In this document: positions 1-8,458 of the stretch, in pieces | How the letters are laid out: the number at the start of each line of letters is the position of its first letter | How positions within the stretch are numbered: position 1 is the first letter of the stretch | Virus record (IMG/VR): IMGVR_UViG_3300030090_003995 | Location: 1-64,000 of that record | Direction: 5' to 3' (one strand) | Source of the DNA: a virus | DNA length: 64,000 nt | Translations under genes and position numbers: made by a program | The notes under the pieces: generated by a model | Databases searched by the model: none | The model's input: only the letters and a program-made list of their open reading frames with translations | Told to the model about the DNA's origin: nothing

Positions 1-445
1 TGTCAATCGCATCAATTACTTCAAGTTGAGTCTTGTTATAATGTGATGGATGATTTACTGATTGTTCATATGAATATTTATGTTTACAATCTTCTTCAAC
101 AACTGCTTCAATATCACTCTTTTGAAACATATTATTTTCATCAAAATGATAGCCTTCTGCTACTTTTTTCTTTTCAGAAAGAGTTTCAGCCTTATTGAAT
201 TCATTTGCAAATTGTTCTCTTGTATCTTCAACAGTATCGCCCAATTCATTCAATTGAATTGGTGTCATATCCTTTACAAGATTAACCATTGATTTCTTAT
301 ACAATAGCGGCTTACGCCCTTTACCTTCATTAACACCTAGTTTAGTAGATACTAGATTCAGTTTTCTCATTAGAGCGATTTTATTGTCACTCAACCCATA
401 CAGTTCCTTTATTTCTTTTTTCGTTATCCAATGTTTTCTTGTCAT
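1..445 (-). CDS. DUF3310 (T7 gp1.7-like nucleotide kinase) domain protein with N-terminal HTH-like segment; runs off the window edge
   Basis: Manual translation from ATG at 445 (RBS GAGGTGA): MTRKHWITKKEIKELYGLS...SVNHPSHYNKTQLEVIDAID; VNHPSHY..EVIDAI is the DUF3310 signature. Absent from the ORF track because it is open-ended. Confidence 0.7.
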   Translation of the reverse strand, partial: MTRKHWITKKEIKELYGLSDNKIALMRKLNLVSTKLGVNEGKGRKPLLYKKSMVNLVKDMTPIQLNELGDTVEDTREQFANEFNKAETLSEKKKVAEGYHFDENNMFQKSDIEAVVEEDCKHKYSYEQSVNHPSHYNKTQLEVIDAID

Positions 446-972
446 TTTCAATCACCTCGGTTTCACTTGTCTATCACCCTTCATTATCACGGTTGATATT
501 ATCAAAATGGATATAAACTACGGGGTGGTTTGGCATGATTATCATTATTACCACTTCCCGATTTTTTATTATTATCATTATCACCCCGTAGGGCAGGGGG
601 GTTTGCATAGATAGTGAGGGGGATAAGAAAGGATAGATATAGATAATAATGATAAATATAATAATAATATAAAATTATATCTAACTACCCTATGGTTTGG
701 GGTCATTTTATGTATCAAAGACTGATAATGATTGATAATAAGTGCAAATAATTTCATTTTGCTACAATAAGAGAGGGTGGGCATCCTTTAAGTAGAAACG
801 CATACCTCGATTTGTTCATTTTAAGATACATAAAATATCATTTTAATGATATGAGTTATACCAATTGATTTTAAAAAAAATAGGACATAACCGGAAGACA
901 GTGGCTTTAACCACTATCCCCCGATTATGCCCATGTTTGTCATCTTGTTTTTTTAACTTAAAAGAGTTTTAT

Positions 973-1473
973 TTACTCTTCTTCGTCGTGACTTGCTTCA
1001 ACCGCAGGTGCGGCTGAAGTCGAAGATAGTCCTTCAACAGTTCCATCCCATGAACCATCTTTATACATCTTCTTTAGACGGGTTCCAATTTTACTTCCCA
1101 ATGCTTCACCATATTCGGCTCCATCATCATAAGCACCACCGCCGGACTTTGCGTGTTTAAGCAAAACTAGCGATAGTAGAGAATTGGCGTTATACCAATC
1201 TGCTGCCAATGAACCGACTTCACTGGTAATTTGAGCAACTGTTACATTAACGCTTGCAGGAAGATTACTCTTCTTTCCACGTCGAACAGGGCTACCATCT
1301 AATCCGCGAATCATACTCTTAATTGAGTCCCAAACTCGCTCTTGTTGTTCAGGGTTCTGATTTCCAAAAGTGATTTGAAAATCTACTACTTGTCTTAATT
1401 GTGCGTCAAATCCGTCTACTGCGATAAATTCCGCTACTTCTTCAGTTCGTGCTTGCCAACCTTCCATTGTCAT
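973..1473 (-). CDS. Early-region paralog family protein 1 (HxKxG motif, acidic C-terminus)
   Basis: ORF 973..1512; likely start ATG 1473 after AAGGTGA; RRGKKSNLP and KHAKSGGGAY match the 2708 gene. Confidence 0.75.
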   Translation of the reverse strand: MTMEGWQARTEEVAEFIAVDGFDAQLRQVVDFQITFGNQNPEQQERVWDSIKSMIRGLDGSPVRRGKKSNLPASVNVTVAQITSEVGSLAADWYNANSLLSLVLLKHAKSGGGAYDDGAEYGEALGSKIGTRLKKMYKDGSWDGTVEGLSSTSAAPAVEASHDEEE

Positions 1474-2407
1474 CTTTTTCACCTTTTTTGTTGGTTGTGA
1501 TTCTTCAATCAATCTAAATCACATTAGCCCTTGAGGGGCATAATGACCTAGAAGCGGGTAGGGTATAAAGCAATTGGTCCGATTTTACTAAAGTGATAAT
1601 GATGATAGAAATGATATTATGTGTATTTTTATACACATTAAGCCTTTAAATCATAGGGTGGTTCGACATCATTTTAATGCGTTTTCTTAAAGTCACGCCT
1701 GACCTGAAATCCATATCACAGTCCAGTACAAGTTTCGCACGTATCATAAATGGTTTAATACAATCTTTTCATCCATTTTAACACATTCCTATGATGGGGC
1801 TGCACCGGAATTTTATTGCTATGCGCGAGGCGTTTATGTAATATCATATATTGGATATTCTATATTTATACTCTATACTATATTCTATACTATATGGTAT
1901 ATTGTCAATTGGAATGTACCTGAAAGAATGACCTCATTTCTTCAGATGAATATTCTTTGGTGGCTTGCAGTACCCCTTTAATATAGGTTAGCGGCGACCC
2001 ACGCAAAAGAGACACCTCTCACGCGAAAGATATAATTAATTAAATACAACCATATGGTTCCTGATTATGCGAATAGCATAATAACAGGAAGAGCGAAGCG
2101 TTAACCCCAAAAAAGAAAAAATGCGGTACTTGCAGTTTTGCATATTATTAAGACGAATCTTGATTCATTCTTAAAAATAGCGTACCATATGGTATTAGGA
2201 ATGTATGATGTGAATTACACATCATGCTCCATAACCCCAAATTTTCTGAGGAACGCTTCGCTTAGAACAAGCACTTGCATAAGCAAGCATCTAAAAGCTT
2301 TTTTGTCGACATATGCGCTATTCGCGCGATGCAACGTTAAATACGTTATTCACGCATTTACGACTCCAAAAAACCTTTTACCTTCTATCCATATGGTTTT
2401 AGAGTAT

Positions 2408-2463
2408 ATGGCGGTGTAACGTAACAAAGGCGTTTAGACTTGTATAATCGGCTTTGTCGCCAT
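2408..2463 (+). repeat. Structured repeat copy 1 (ATGGCG..ACAAAG/CTTTGT-CGCCAT)
   Basis: ATGGCGGTGTAACGTAACAAAG-variable-GCTTTGTCGCCAT; second copy at 4329-4373. Confidence 0.75.
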
Positions 2464-2707
2464 CTCGATTAAAACCCCTTAAGGACAATTTATCGAGTTC
2501 AATTCTTCCTTTATCGAGTTTAATTCTCAATGTGTTATTCACACATTTTCATTTACACCCGTAAAGTCATAATTTCCACCCGTAAATATTGCTTACGCAA
2601 CCATATGGTATCACTTTGGGATAAATGAAGAGTCCTCAATTTCTAATCCCAACAATTTTTATTATTGTTGGAATTAGAAAAAGAGGGTGTAGGCGGGGAA
2701 ATCACGC

Positions 2708-3280
2708 TTACTCTTCTTCCTCCGAGGAATTATCCTCAGTTTCTACTGTTCCGATAATAACCGGAATGTGACCATCCATGTCACCATTCCAAGAAATCAC
2801 TGAACCAGCCGCTTTCTCGCCCGACGCAATTTTTAGTGAATTGCGGTAGTAAGTTGTTAGACGCGATTTCATTGATTTCTCAAGTGATTCCGCGTATTCG
2901 TCTGCATCCGCATAAGTTCCGCCACCAGACTTTCCATGCTTTCGTACAATTTCAGAAAAGAGCGGGTCCGTAGAAAATACCGCACTGAACGCAGATGCGT
3001 ATTGTGCAGCAATTTGGGTGATTGATTGTTGCACCGCCTCCGGTAAATCTGATTCACGACCTCGCCCAATTGGGTTATTTGGTAGCATAGCGAAAAGATT
3101 TGTAATATTAGTCCAAAATCGCTTTCGGTTATCTGGGTCATTTGTGCCTTGTTCAAGGTTCCACTCAATAACCGCGCGCATACCGCCAACGAGTTCTTCG
3201 TTCGCAGGGTCGTTCATATAAACATTAACCCTGTTTTGATTCTTTGACCACTTTGGGTCATCCATACTGTAATCTGCCAT
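2708..3280 (-). CDS. Early-region paralog family protein 2
   Basis: Likely start ATG 3280 after AAGGAG; GRGRESDLP, KHGKSGGGTY; ends EEEE. Confidence 0.75.
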   Translation of the reverse strand: MADYSMDDPKWSKNQNRVNVYMNDPANEELVGGMRAVIEWNLEQGTNDPDNRKRFWTNITNLFAMLPNNPIGRGRESDLPEAVQQSITQIAAQYASAFSAVFSTDPLFSEIVRKHGKSGGGTYADADEYAESLEKSMKSRLTTYYRNSLKIASGEKAAGSVISWNGDMDGHIPVIIGTVETEDNSSEEEE

Positions 3281-3759
3281 TTTTTTCATCTCCTTTGTTT
3301 TTTGTTTTTTTTTGTTCTCCGTGTAGGTAATTTCCCCGCCTACACTAGTAGACGGTGGACAGAGTATAAGTTGAGGAATCATTCCATTTGCCCAAAGTGC
3401 ATCCATATGGGTGGAGAATGTTATGAGTGCTGGATATTAATTAGTAGAACAATCTGCGAATAGTAAATGAAACTTTGTGGAATGTGATTGTTCGTAAGCG
3501 GTCTAATATCCGTCACGAAATAATCAGTCGACAACCCCAGACTTTTTCTTAAAAGAAAAGTTTAAGGTTCTAGGCAATTAATTGCCAAAATGGATGACGT
3601 TGCGTTATTTATAATTCTAATCCACAAAGTTCCTTAGAATAATAAATATACTTACTTACTATCCGCACATCCATTATACAAACCATATGGTAACAAGACA
3701 CTTTGGGGATTGTTACCTTAATAGCAAAACTCGGTCTATTATTGCAGGAGGAACCAAAA

Positions 3760-4206
3760 ATGGTAACAACAAGGCACTTAGGAAGAAAAGCCCTTATGGA
3801 TGCTTTCTTGGCTACCCTTGAAGAAGGTGACAAATTGAAGAAGTCACTTTCTCAAGTGTGGAATTGGGAAGTAACCGACAAGGATGACGAAAAAATGATT
3901 TGGGATTGCACCCGCACAAAATTGAAGGGAGTAAATGACAAATTGTTGGAAGAGATGAAAAACGCAGGTTCAATTGAATTGGCTGTCGGAAATGTCCGAT
4001 TAACGGCACTACGCGCAGCACTTGACCTAATTGAGTCAGAATTCAAGGAATTGCTCAAAACTCGCGGTGATTACGTAAGTTACACCGAAGAGGAAACATG
4101 GGCCATGGAAATGGAAAAGACGATTCTCTCAAGACTGGAAAAAGCAATTTCTGCTGGGTATGAATTGCCCGCAGTTATTGAGGAAATTGGTGAGGAAGAG
4201 GAATAA
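3760..4206 (+). CDS. Hypothetical early protein, possible divergent member of the paralog family
   Basis: ATG 3760 after GGAGG; ends EEEE; followed by a GC hairpin. Confidence 0.65.
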   Translation: MVTTRHLGRKALMDAFLATLEEGDKLKKSLSQVWNWEVTDKDDEKMIWDCTRTKLKGVNDKLLEEMKNAGSIELAVGNVRLTALRAALDLIESEFKELLKTRGDYVSYTEEETWAMEMEKTILSRLEKAISAGYELPAVIEEIGEEEE

Positions 4207-4221
4207 TCAAACATCCTGCAA

Positions 4222-4250
4222 CGGAGGGGGGGAGAAATCCCCCCTTCCCC
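4222..4250 (+). terminator. GC-rich hairpin downstream of the 3760 gene
   Basis: GGAGGGGGGG-AGAAAT-CCCCCCTTCC followed by an AT/T-rich run. Confidence 0.5.
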
Positions 4251-4328
4251 AATTTTGGGGTTATTGTTAATACATCAAAGCATAATTAATTTTGTTCGTT
4301 ACACTACAAAACATTACCATATGGTAGC

Positions 4329-4373
4329 ATGGCGGTGGAACGTAACAAAGTTCCGAAGGTGCTTTGTCGCCAT
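4329..4373 (+). repeat. Structured repeat copy 2
   Basis: ATGGCGGTGGAACGTAACAAAG-TTCCGAAGGT-GCTTTGTCGCCAT. Confidence 0.75.
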
Positions 4374-4525
4374 TTCTTACCTCATCGGGACATATAATAT
4401 TTAAATGTAAAATCAAAAATCTTTGGCTTCTCTAATTTGCTATTCGCAAATTGTCATTCAAACCTTTTCGCCTATTATCATTTAAATTTATTATTTTGTG
4501 CCAGGCACAACCATATGGGCGGAAA

Positions 4526-5030
4526 TAGTTTTAGGTAGAAGATGTAATCTTCTCCTAATACTGTCGATGGTGCGAATCTGCGAATAGCAGATTGCACGGA
4601 CTAATCGTAAGGGAGCCCCCTTCTTATTTTTTTATGTGATAGTTCACACGTAAAGGTTTTATTTCCCTGAAAGCGGATTAAAAGAACTTTTAACCACCAA
4701 TCCTAATGCGGCGGTTAAAAACGCCAGGCGCTTTTAATCCTACTAAAAACCATTAACGGCTCCTATCATATGATAGTGGAACATTAATGTTTTTGAGCGG
4801 AAAATATATATGGAATTGATTGCCGCCGCATTATTGACTGGTGGTAATTAATTCTATTTCCGCGTCTTTTAGCGAAAACTTTAGTTCCTTGCTACTCCTA
4901 AAGAATTTTTTAGGAGTAACCCGTCACTATTCTAATAAAAGCCCATTCTGATTTTGCTCTCTTATATGCTATTCGCATATAACGCAATCTAGCAGTATTA
5001 AGGGAAGATTTCATCTTCCTCTTAAAACTA
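4526..5030. repeat. Diverged ~70-bp inverted repeat pair (4526-4593 and 4962-5030) around a hairpin-rich non-coding core
   Basis: TAGTTTTAGGTAGAAGATGTAATCTTCTCCTAATACTG..TGCGAATAGCA versus reverse complement TAGTTTTAAGAGGAAGATGAAATCTTCCCTTAATACTG..TGCGAATAGCA. Confidence 0.7.
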
Positions 5031-5338
5031 CCATGACCTTTTATTAGCCGTTCCTCTTATCATATGGAACGGTAATTTAAGAATGAGTTCAATGTAGGTA
5101 TAGGGCAAAAGAATGGTGATAACATTCTTTTGAGTTAGACCGGCCACGTTGAACTTATCTTAATTTGTTCTTGAGCGAGGCATTGTGAAGAGAAAGTTCC
5201 CCGCTTTTTTTTATTGGGGGCTTTATCTATGAATTAGCTTACAATTCTGTTATTCACAGAACACGCTAATTCACTAAGTAAATCTTACCATATGGTAATA
5301 GCACTTTGGGCGTATTGGCCCCGAAGGGCGGAAAAAAC

Positions 5339-5509
5339 TCAAAATTTGAGTTTTCTCCAGATATTCGGCCATTTTTGTTTAGCCTCCTTAATCTCTTGTC
5401 GTCGCTTTTCGGCCTTTTTCTTTTTTGCTTCAAGCCACAACTTCTTACGCTTTTGGTCCTTCAGCCGTTTATTCATTTTAATGCCTGATATTCCACCTGC
5501 TCCTCTCAT
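5339..5509 (-). CDS. Small highly basic protein
   Basis: MRGAGGISGIKMNKRLKDQKRKK...; ATGA overlap with the upstream small ORF. Confidence 0.55.
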   Translation of the reverse strand: MRGAGGISGIKMNKRLKDQKRKKLWLEAKKKKAEKRRQEIKEAKQKWPNIWRKLKF

Positions 5510-5622
5510 TCTCTCAACACCTTTCTTTTCCAATCTTCATAGACTTTCGGATGATTTACACTAAGCCATAGCACAATCATTTCATATCTATCTGTTCTAG
5601 TTTTTTCGTACTTTGGTTTCAT
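5506..5622 (-). CDS. 38-aa hypothetical protein
   Basis: MKPKYEKTRTDRYEMIVLWLSVNHPKVYEDWKRKVLRE; ATGA-coupled at both ends; GGAGG RBS. Confidence 0.5.
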   Translation of the reverse strand: MKPKYEKTRTDRYEMIVLWLSVNHPKVYEDWKRKVLRE

Positions 5623-5735
5623 TCTTCTTCCTCCTCCATAGCAATTAGCACTTTCGCATTTAATTCGGGCAATCTGTAGTAATACTTACCTGCACCATAA
5701 TCTCTTATTAACTCCCAAATCTCTTGTTTATTCAT
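5619..5735 (-). CDS. 38-aa hypothetical protein
   Basis: MNKQEIWELIRDYGAGKYYYRLPELNAKVLIAMEEEEE; ATGA-coupled. Confidence 0.5.
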   Translation of the reverse strand: MNKQEIWELIRDYGAGKYYYRLPELNAKVLIAMEEEEE

Positions 5736-6226
5736 TCTTCTTCCCCCTTTTTCAAATATCCATCTTCGTCACAGTCTAAGGCAATCAATTCTAATTTGCC
5801 TGTTTCTGCATCTCTCTCAAACTTGAATAATTCTTCACGAACCACTTTACGGATTTTTGCAGTAGTAGCCTTGTAAACTTGTTCTTGATAATAGTCTAAG
5901 GTCATTTTATTATTTCCTGCCTTTGGATGGCACAATAGGAAATCTCCTAAAATGTCCCACTGTGCTTTAGCCGCCGCATAACACAAATCTTTCAAATCCT
6001 CCAAATCCTCATCTAATTTTGAACGCGGTCTGCGTGGCATAGAGTGTGGGCGCATAAGATTTATCATTGTCGAATAAATATTCTTTTTGCCATAGTAATC
6101 CATTTTGTCCCATGTTTTAATGAATGCCTCGATAACTTGAGCCTCATCATCTAACCCCATTTCTAAGCAATACTTCAAACAGGTGGTTAACCCTTCAAAC
6201 ATTCTTGATTCCTTCATCATTTTCAC
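5732..6226 (-). CDS. Early-region paralog family protein 3 (divergent)
   Basis: 164-aa ORF; RRPRSKLDEDL and CHPKAG echo the 973 and 2708 proteins; ends EEE. Confidence 0.65.
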   Translation of the reverse strand: MKMMKESRMFEGLTTCLKYCLEMGLDDEAQVIEAFIKTWDKMDYYGKKNIYSTMINLMRPHSMPRRPRSKLDEDLEDLKDLCYAAAKAQWDILGDFLLCHPKAGNNKMTLDYYQEQVYKATTAKIRKVVREELFKFERDAETGKLELIALDCDEDGYLKKGEEE

Positions 6227-6336
6227 ACCCTATCCCAACAATTTTGACACGTTTGGTATTCTTGGCCTTTTGGACATTTTAGAATACCCCGAAATGGGTT
6301 CCATTCCATAAATTGTCCACAAAACAAACATCTCAT
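6223..6336 (-). CDS. 37-aa zinc-finger microprotein
   Basis: MRCLFCGQFMEWNPFRGILKCPKGQEYQTCQNCWDRV; overlapping stop/start at both ends. Confidence 0.55.
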   Translation of the reverse strand: MRCLFCGQFMEWNPFRGILKCPKGQEYQTCQNCWDRV

Positions 6337-6473
6337 TCAACATTCCCCCAATTAGTCAATTCCCACATTTTACCGCAGACAATACATAGTTGTTTAATGT
6401 TAAATTCTACAAACTCACCGTTATAGTGTGCTTTTCTGTCTATTTCAATCAAATTATCACAATTACAATTCAT
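6333..6473 (-). CDS. 46-aa zinc-ribbon microprotein
   Basis: MNCNCDNL...KQLCIVCGKMWE...; ATGA-coupled. Confidence 0.55.
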   Translation of the reverse strand: MNCNCDNLIEIDRKAHYNGEFVEFNIKQLCIVCGKMWELTNWGNVE

Positions 6474-6676
6474 TCTTTCATCTCTCCTTTAATTAAATCA
6501 AATTTCATTTGGTTGAATTCACTTAGAGCCTCTTTGGTCTTTTCAATCAATTCATCCACATTATTAGCCTTCACGGACAATTCCTTAATAATCAGAATAC
6601 CGTTTCGGTCATGCCCTATCTTTAGGGTAAATTTCGATTCATCATTCAATGCTACAATTTTATTCCTGAAGAACAT
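6470..6676 (-). CDS. Hypothetical protein, first gene of the small leftward operon
   Basis: Start MFFRNK at 6676, downstream of a CCATATGG-CACTTTGGG box. Confidence 0.6.
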   Translation of the reverse strand: MFFRNKIVALNDESKFTLKIGHDRNGILIIKELSVKANNVDELIEKTKEALSEFNQMKFDLIKGEMKE

Positions 6677-7469
6677 ATTTTTCACTTCCTTCAATAATAG
6701 ACACCGCCCCCAGTATATCTTAGGGTTGCCCAAAGTGCAACCATATGGTTAGGCTAGTATTAGCCTAAATCTGCGAATAGCAGATATATATCCTCAAATT
6801 GCGGTCGCTACTATAACTTTATAGCATAAGTATTATAACGTATATATTTCATTATAACTAATAATACTTACTTATAAAGTTCTGTTTGCGACCATATGAT
6901 AATAAATTAAAAAAAGGTTTTGGGTCGCAGCGAAGCGAGAAAATATGCGAATAGCATATTACCTTATAAACGTTTTTTTAGTGGGTGCAACGAAGTAAAC
7001 CCTTTATATCCCGAGTTTGGGTTTAAAACTTCGTTCTTTACAACCATATGCTTTGCACCAATTTTTTAATTAAATTAAATTAATAGGCTAAATATGTTTA
7101 ATGTTATCTAGAGCGAATGAATCTTTAACCGTAGAAGCGCACACTTAATATGTATAGGCCCACATGAAGATTCAGAGCCAATGACTTCTATTAAACATAT
7201 CTTAATAGTTAAGTGTAATAAATTGCTTTAAACAGCCTTAAACCTAACTATGGCCCTAATCAACCTATACAGGCGTAATGGCGTTAATCGCAAGATGGCA
7301 GAAATGAGTGTTATAAAAGCATTTAATTAAATATCATTTTTTAAAGCATGATAAACATGATAATAAACAAATCAATGCATTCTTATTCTGGAAATAGAAT
7401 CAATTAATTAAAAAAAATTTTGCTAGTGCCTCATAAATTACAGCCCAAAAATGGAGAAAGTGTTTTAAA

Positions 7470-7613
7470 ATGACGAATTGGAACGATATACTTAAACAAG
7501 ATAAATTAGGCATACCTAAAGATGTTGCAAAAGCAATATTAATGCGACTTTTAAAAGAAGAGAATTTTGAAGGTATGAAGCAATTATTAAATGAAAGGGA
7601 AATTGGTCATTAA
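7470..7613 (+). CDS. 47-aa WxxILK-tag protein
   Basis: MTNWNDILKQDKLG...; below the ORF-track size cutoff. Confidence 0.55.
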   Translation: MTNWNDILKQDKLGIPKDVAKAILMRLLKEENFEGMKQLLNEREIGH

Positions 7614-7647
7614 AAAATTTGCCCCAAAAATTTTCGGAGGTTTTTTC

Positions 7648-7971
7648 ATGTGGGAAGTTGTTCTTAAGAAAAAGAGTAAAGTCAATATGAATGTATTACG
7701 AGAATCAGTTGATGAAGTACTAAATAAATATGATAATCCGACTCATATTAGAGTAGCATCCTTTCATGGTAGAGTTTTTCCAATCTATATAGCAAAAATG
7801 AGACAAATGGGTAGTAGAGCCAGAAAAGTAAAATCTTTAAAATCTATTTTGGGTAGAATTTTACAGACTAAAGGATGGGTTAAATCACAATTTATGGAAA
7901 GTAAGAGTGATTTCCTATTAGATACCCCAGTAAAGATTAGTGATTATTGGTATACTAAATACGGTGATTAA
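7648..7971 (+). CDS. WxxILK-tag protein, winged-helix-like; paralog of the 45733 gene
   Basis: MWEVVLKKKSKVNMNVLR..LGRILQTKGW after GGAGG. Confidence 0.65.
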   Translation: MWEVVLKKKSKVNMNVLRESVDEVLNKYDNPTHIRVASFHGRVFPIYIAKMRQMGSRARKVKSLKSILGRILQTKGWVKSQFMESKSDFLLDTPVKISDYWYTKYGD

Positions 7972-7972
7972 T

Positions 7973-8239
7973 ATGTGGAAAGATGTGCTTAAAGGTCAAA
8001 GGATAACAATGGGTGCTATTAGGCAAGTATATAATGCGTTAGATGAGAACCCTAGAACAATAAAGGAAATATCAGAAGATATAGGAGTGCATTTTAATAC
8101 GGTTATGTTTTCTTTAAGAAAAATAATGGCTAGAGACCATATATATCCGGGTGTTAGGAAAAAAGTTTCTAGTATATATAGGGAAGGAAAGCCCGAAGAA
8201 TATACAAGATATGCTTATTATATAGGTGAGTTAAAATGA
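7973..8239 (+). CDS. WxxILK-tag protein with winged HTH
   Basis: MWKDVLK; TIKEISEDIGVHFNTVMFSLRKI HTH pattern. Confidence 0.7.
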   Translation: MWKDVLKGQRITMGAIRQVYNALDENPRTIKEISEDIGVHFNTVMFSLRKIMARDHIYPGVRKKVSSIYREGKPEEYTRYAYYIGELK

Positions 8240-8448
8240 GTTGGAAAAATATTATCAAAAGTAGTGATAAAATTAAAATTGATAAATACTTCAAGGAGAC
8301 AAAACAAGGTTTATATGATATGTTACTTCCAACATGGGAGGAAGACCCGAATTTACTAAAAAAGCATATTGAAACAATGTTTGCAGAATTAATGAAAATG
8401 GTATTAGGTGGAACAGCAGAAGAACAATATCATGATTATAAATATTAA
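8236..8448 (+). CDS. WxxILK-tag hypothetical protein
   Basis: MSWKNIIKS; GGTGA RBS. Confidence 0.7.
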   Translation: MSWKNIIKSSDKIKIDKYFKETKQGLYDMLLPTWEEDPNLLKKHIETMFAELMKMVLGGTAEEQYHDYKY

Positions 8449-8458
8449 GGGGAATAAT

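Larger units (their letters stand above)
2048..6748. promoter_or_regulatory. Dispersed palindromic CCATATGG boxes, several coupled to CACTTTGGG
   Basis: CCATATGG at 2050, 2185, 2389, 2601, 3403, 3683, 4317, 4511, 5288, 6741; CACTTTGGG follows closely at 2601(+), 3403(-), 3683(+), 5288(+), 6741(-). Confidence 0.7.
2064..6960. repeat. Dispersed hairpin family with conserved GAATA pentaloop (about 11 copies, both orientations)
   Basis: Examples: ATTATGC-GAATA-GCATAAT 2064; AATGTGT-TATTC-ACACATT 2529; AATTTGC-TATTC-GCAAATT 4434; AATCTGC-GAATA-GCAGATT 4575; TTATATGC-TATTC-GCATATAA 4962; AATATGC-GAATA-GCATATT 6942. Confidence 0.85.

Noticed and set aside
80-784. ORF-track ORFs 80..292, 384..614 and 581..784
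   Set aside because: Antisense to the DUF3310 gene or within low-complexity non-coding sequence; no RBS.
2138-2419. 93-aa plus-strand ORF
   Set aside because: Runs through the repeat and hairpin elements, TTG start without RBS; probably spurious.
3249-3257. Extra CACTTTGGG copy
   Set aside because: Inside coding sequence (Pro-Lys-Trp) with no linked CCATATGG; likely chance.
2048-6748. CRISPR or mini-CRISPR array made of the CCATATGG or hairpin repeats
   Set aside because: Repeats are short, irregularly spaced and in mixed orientation, with no constant spacer length and no cas genes.
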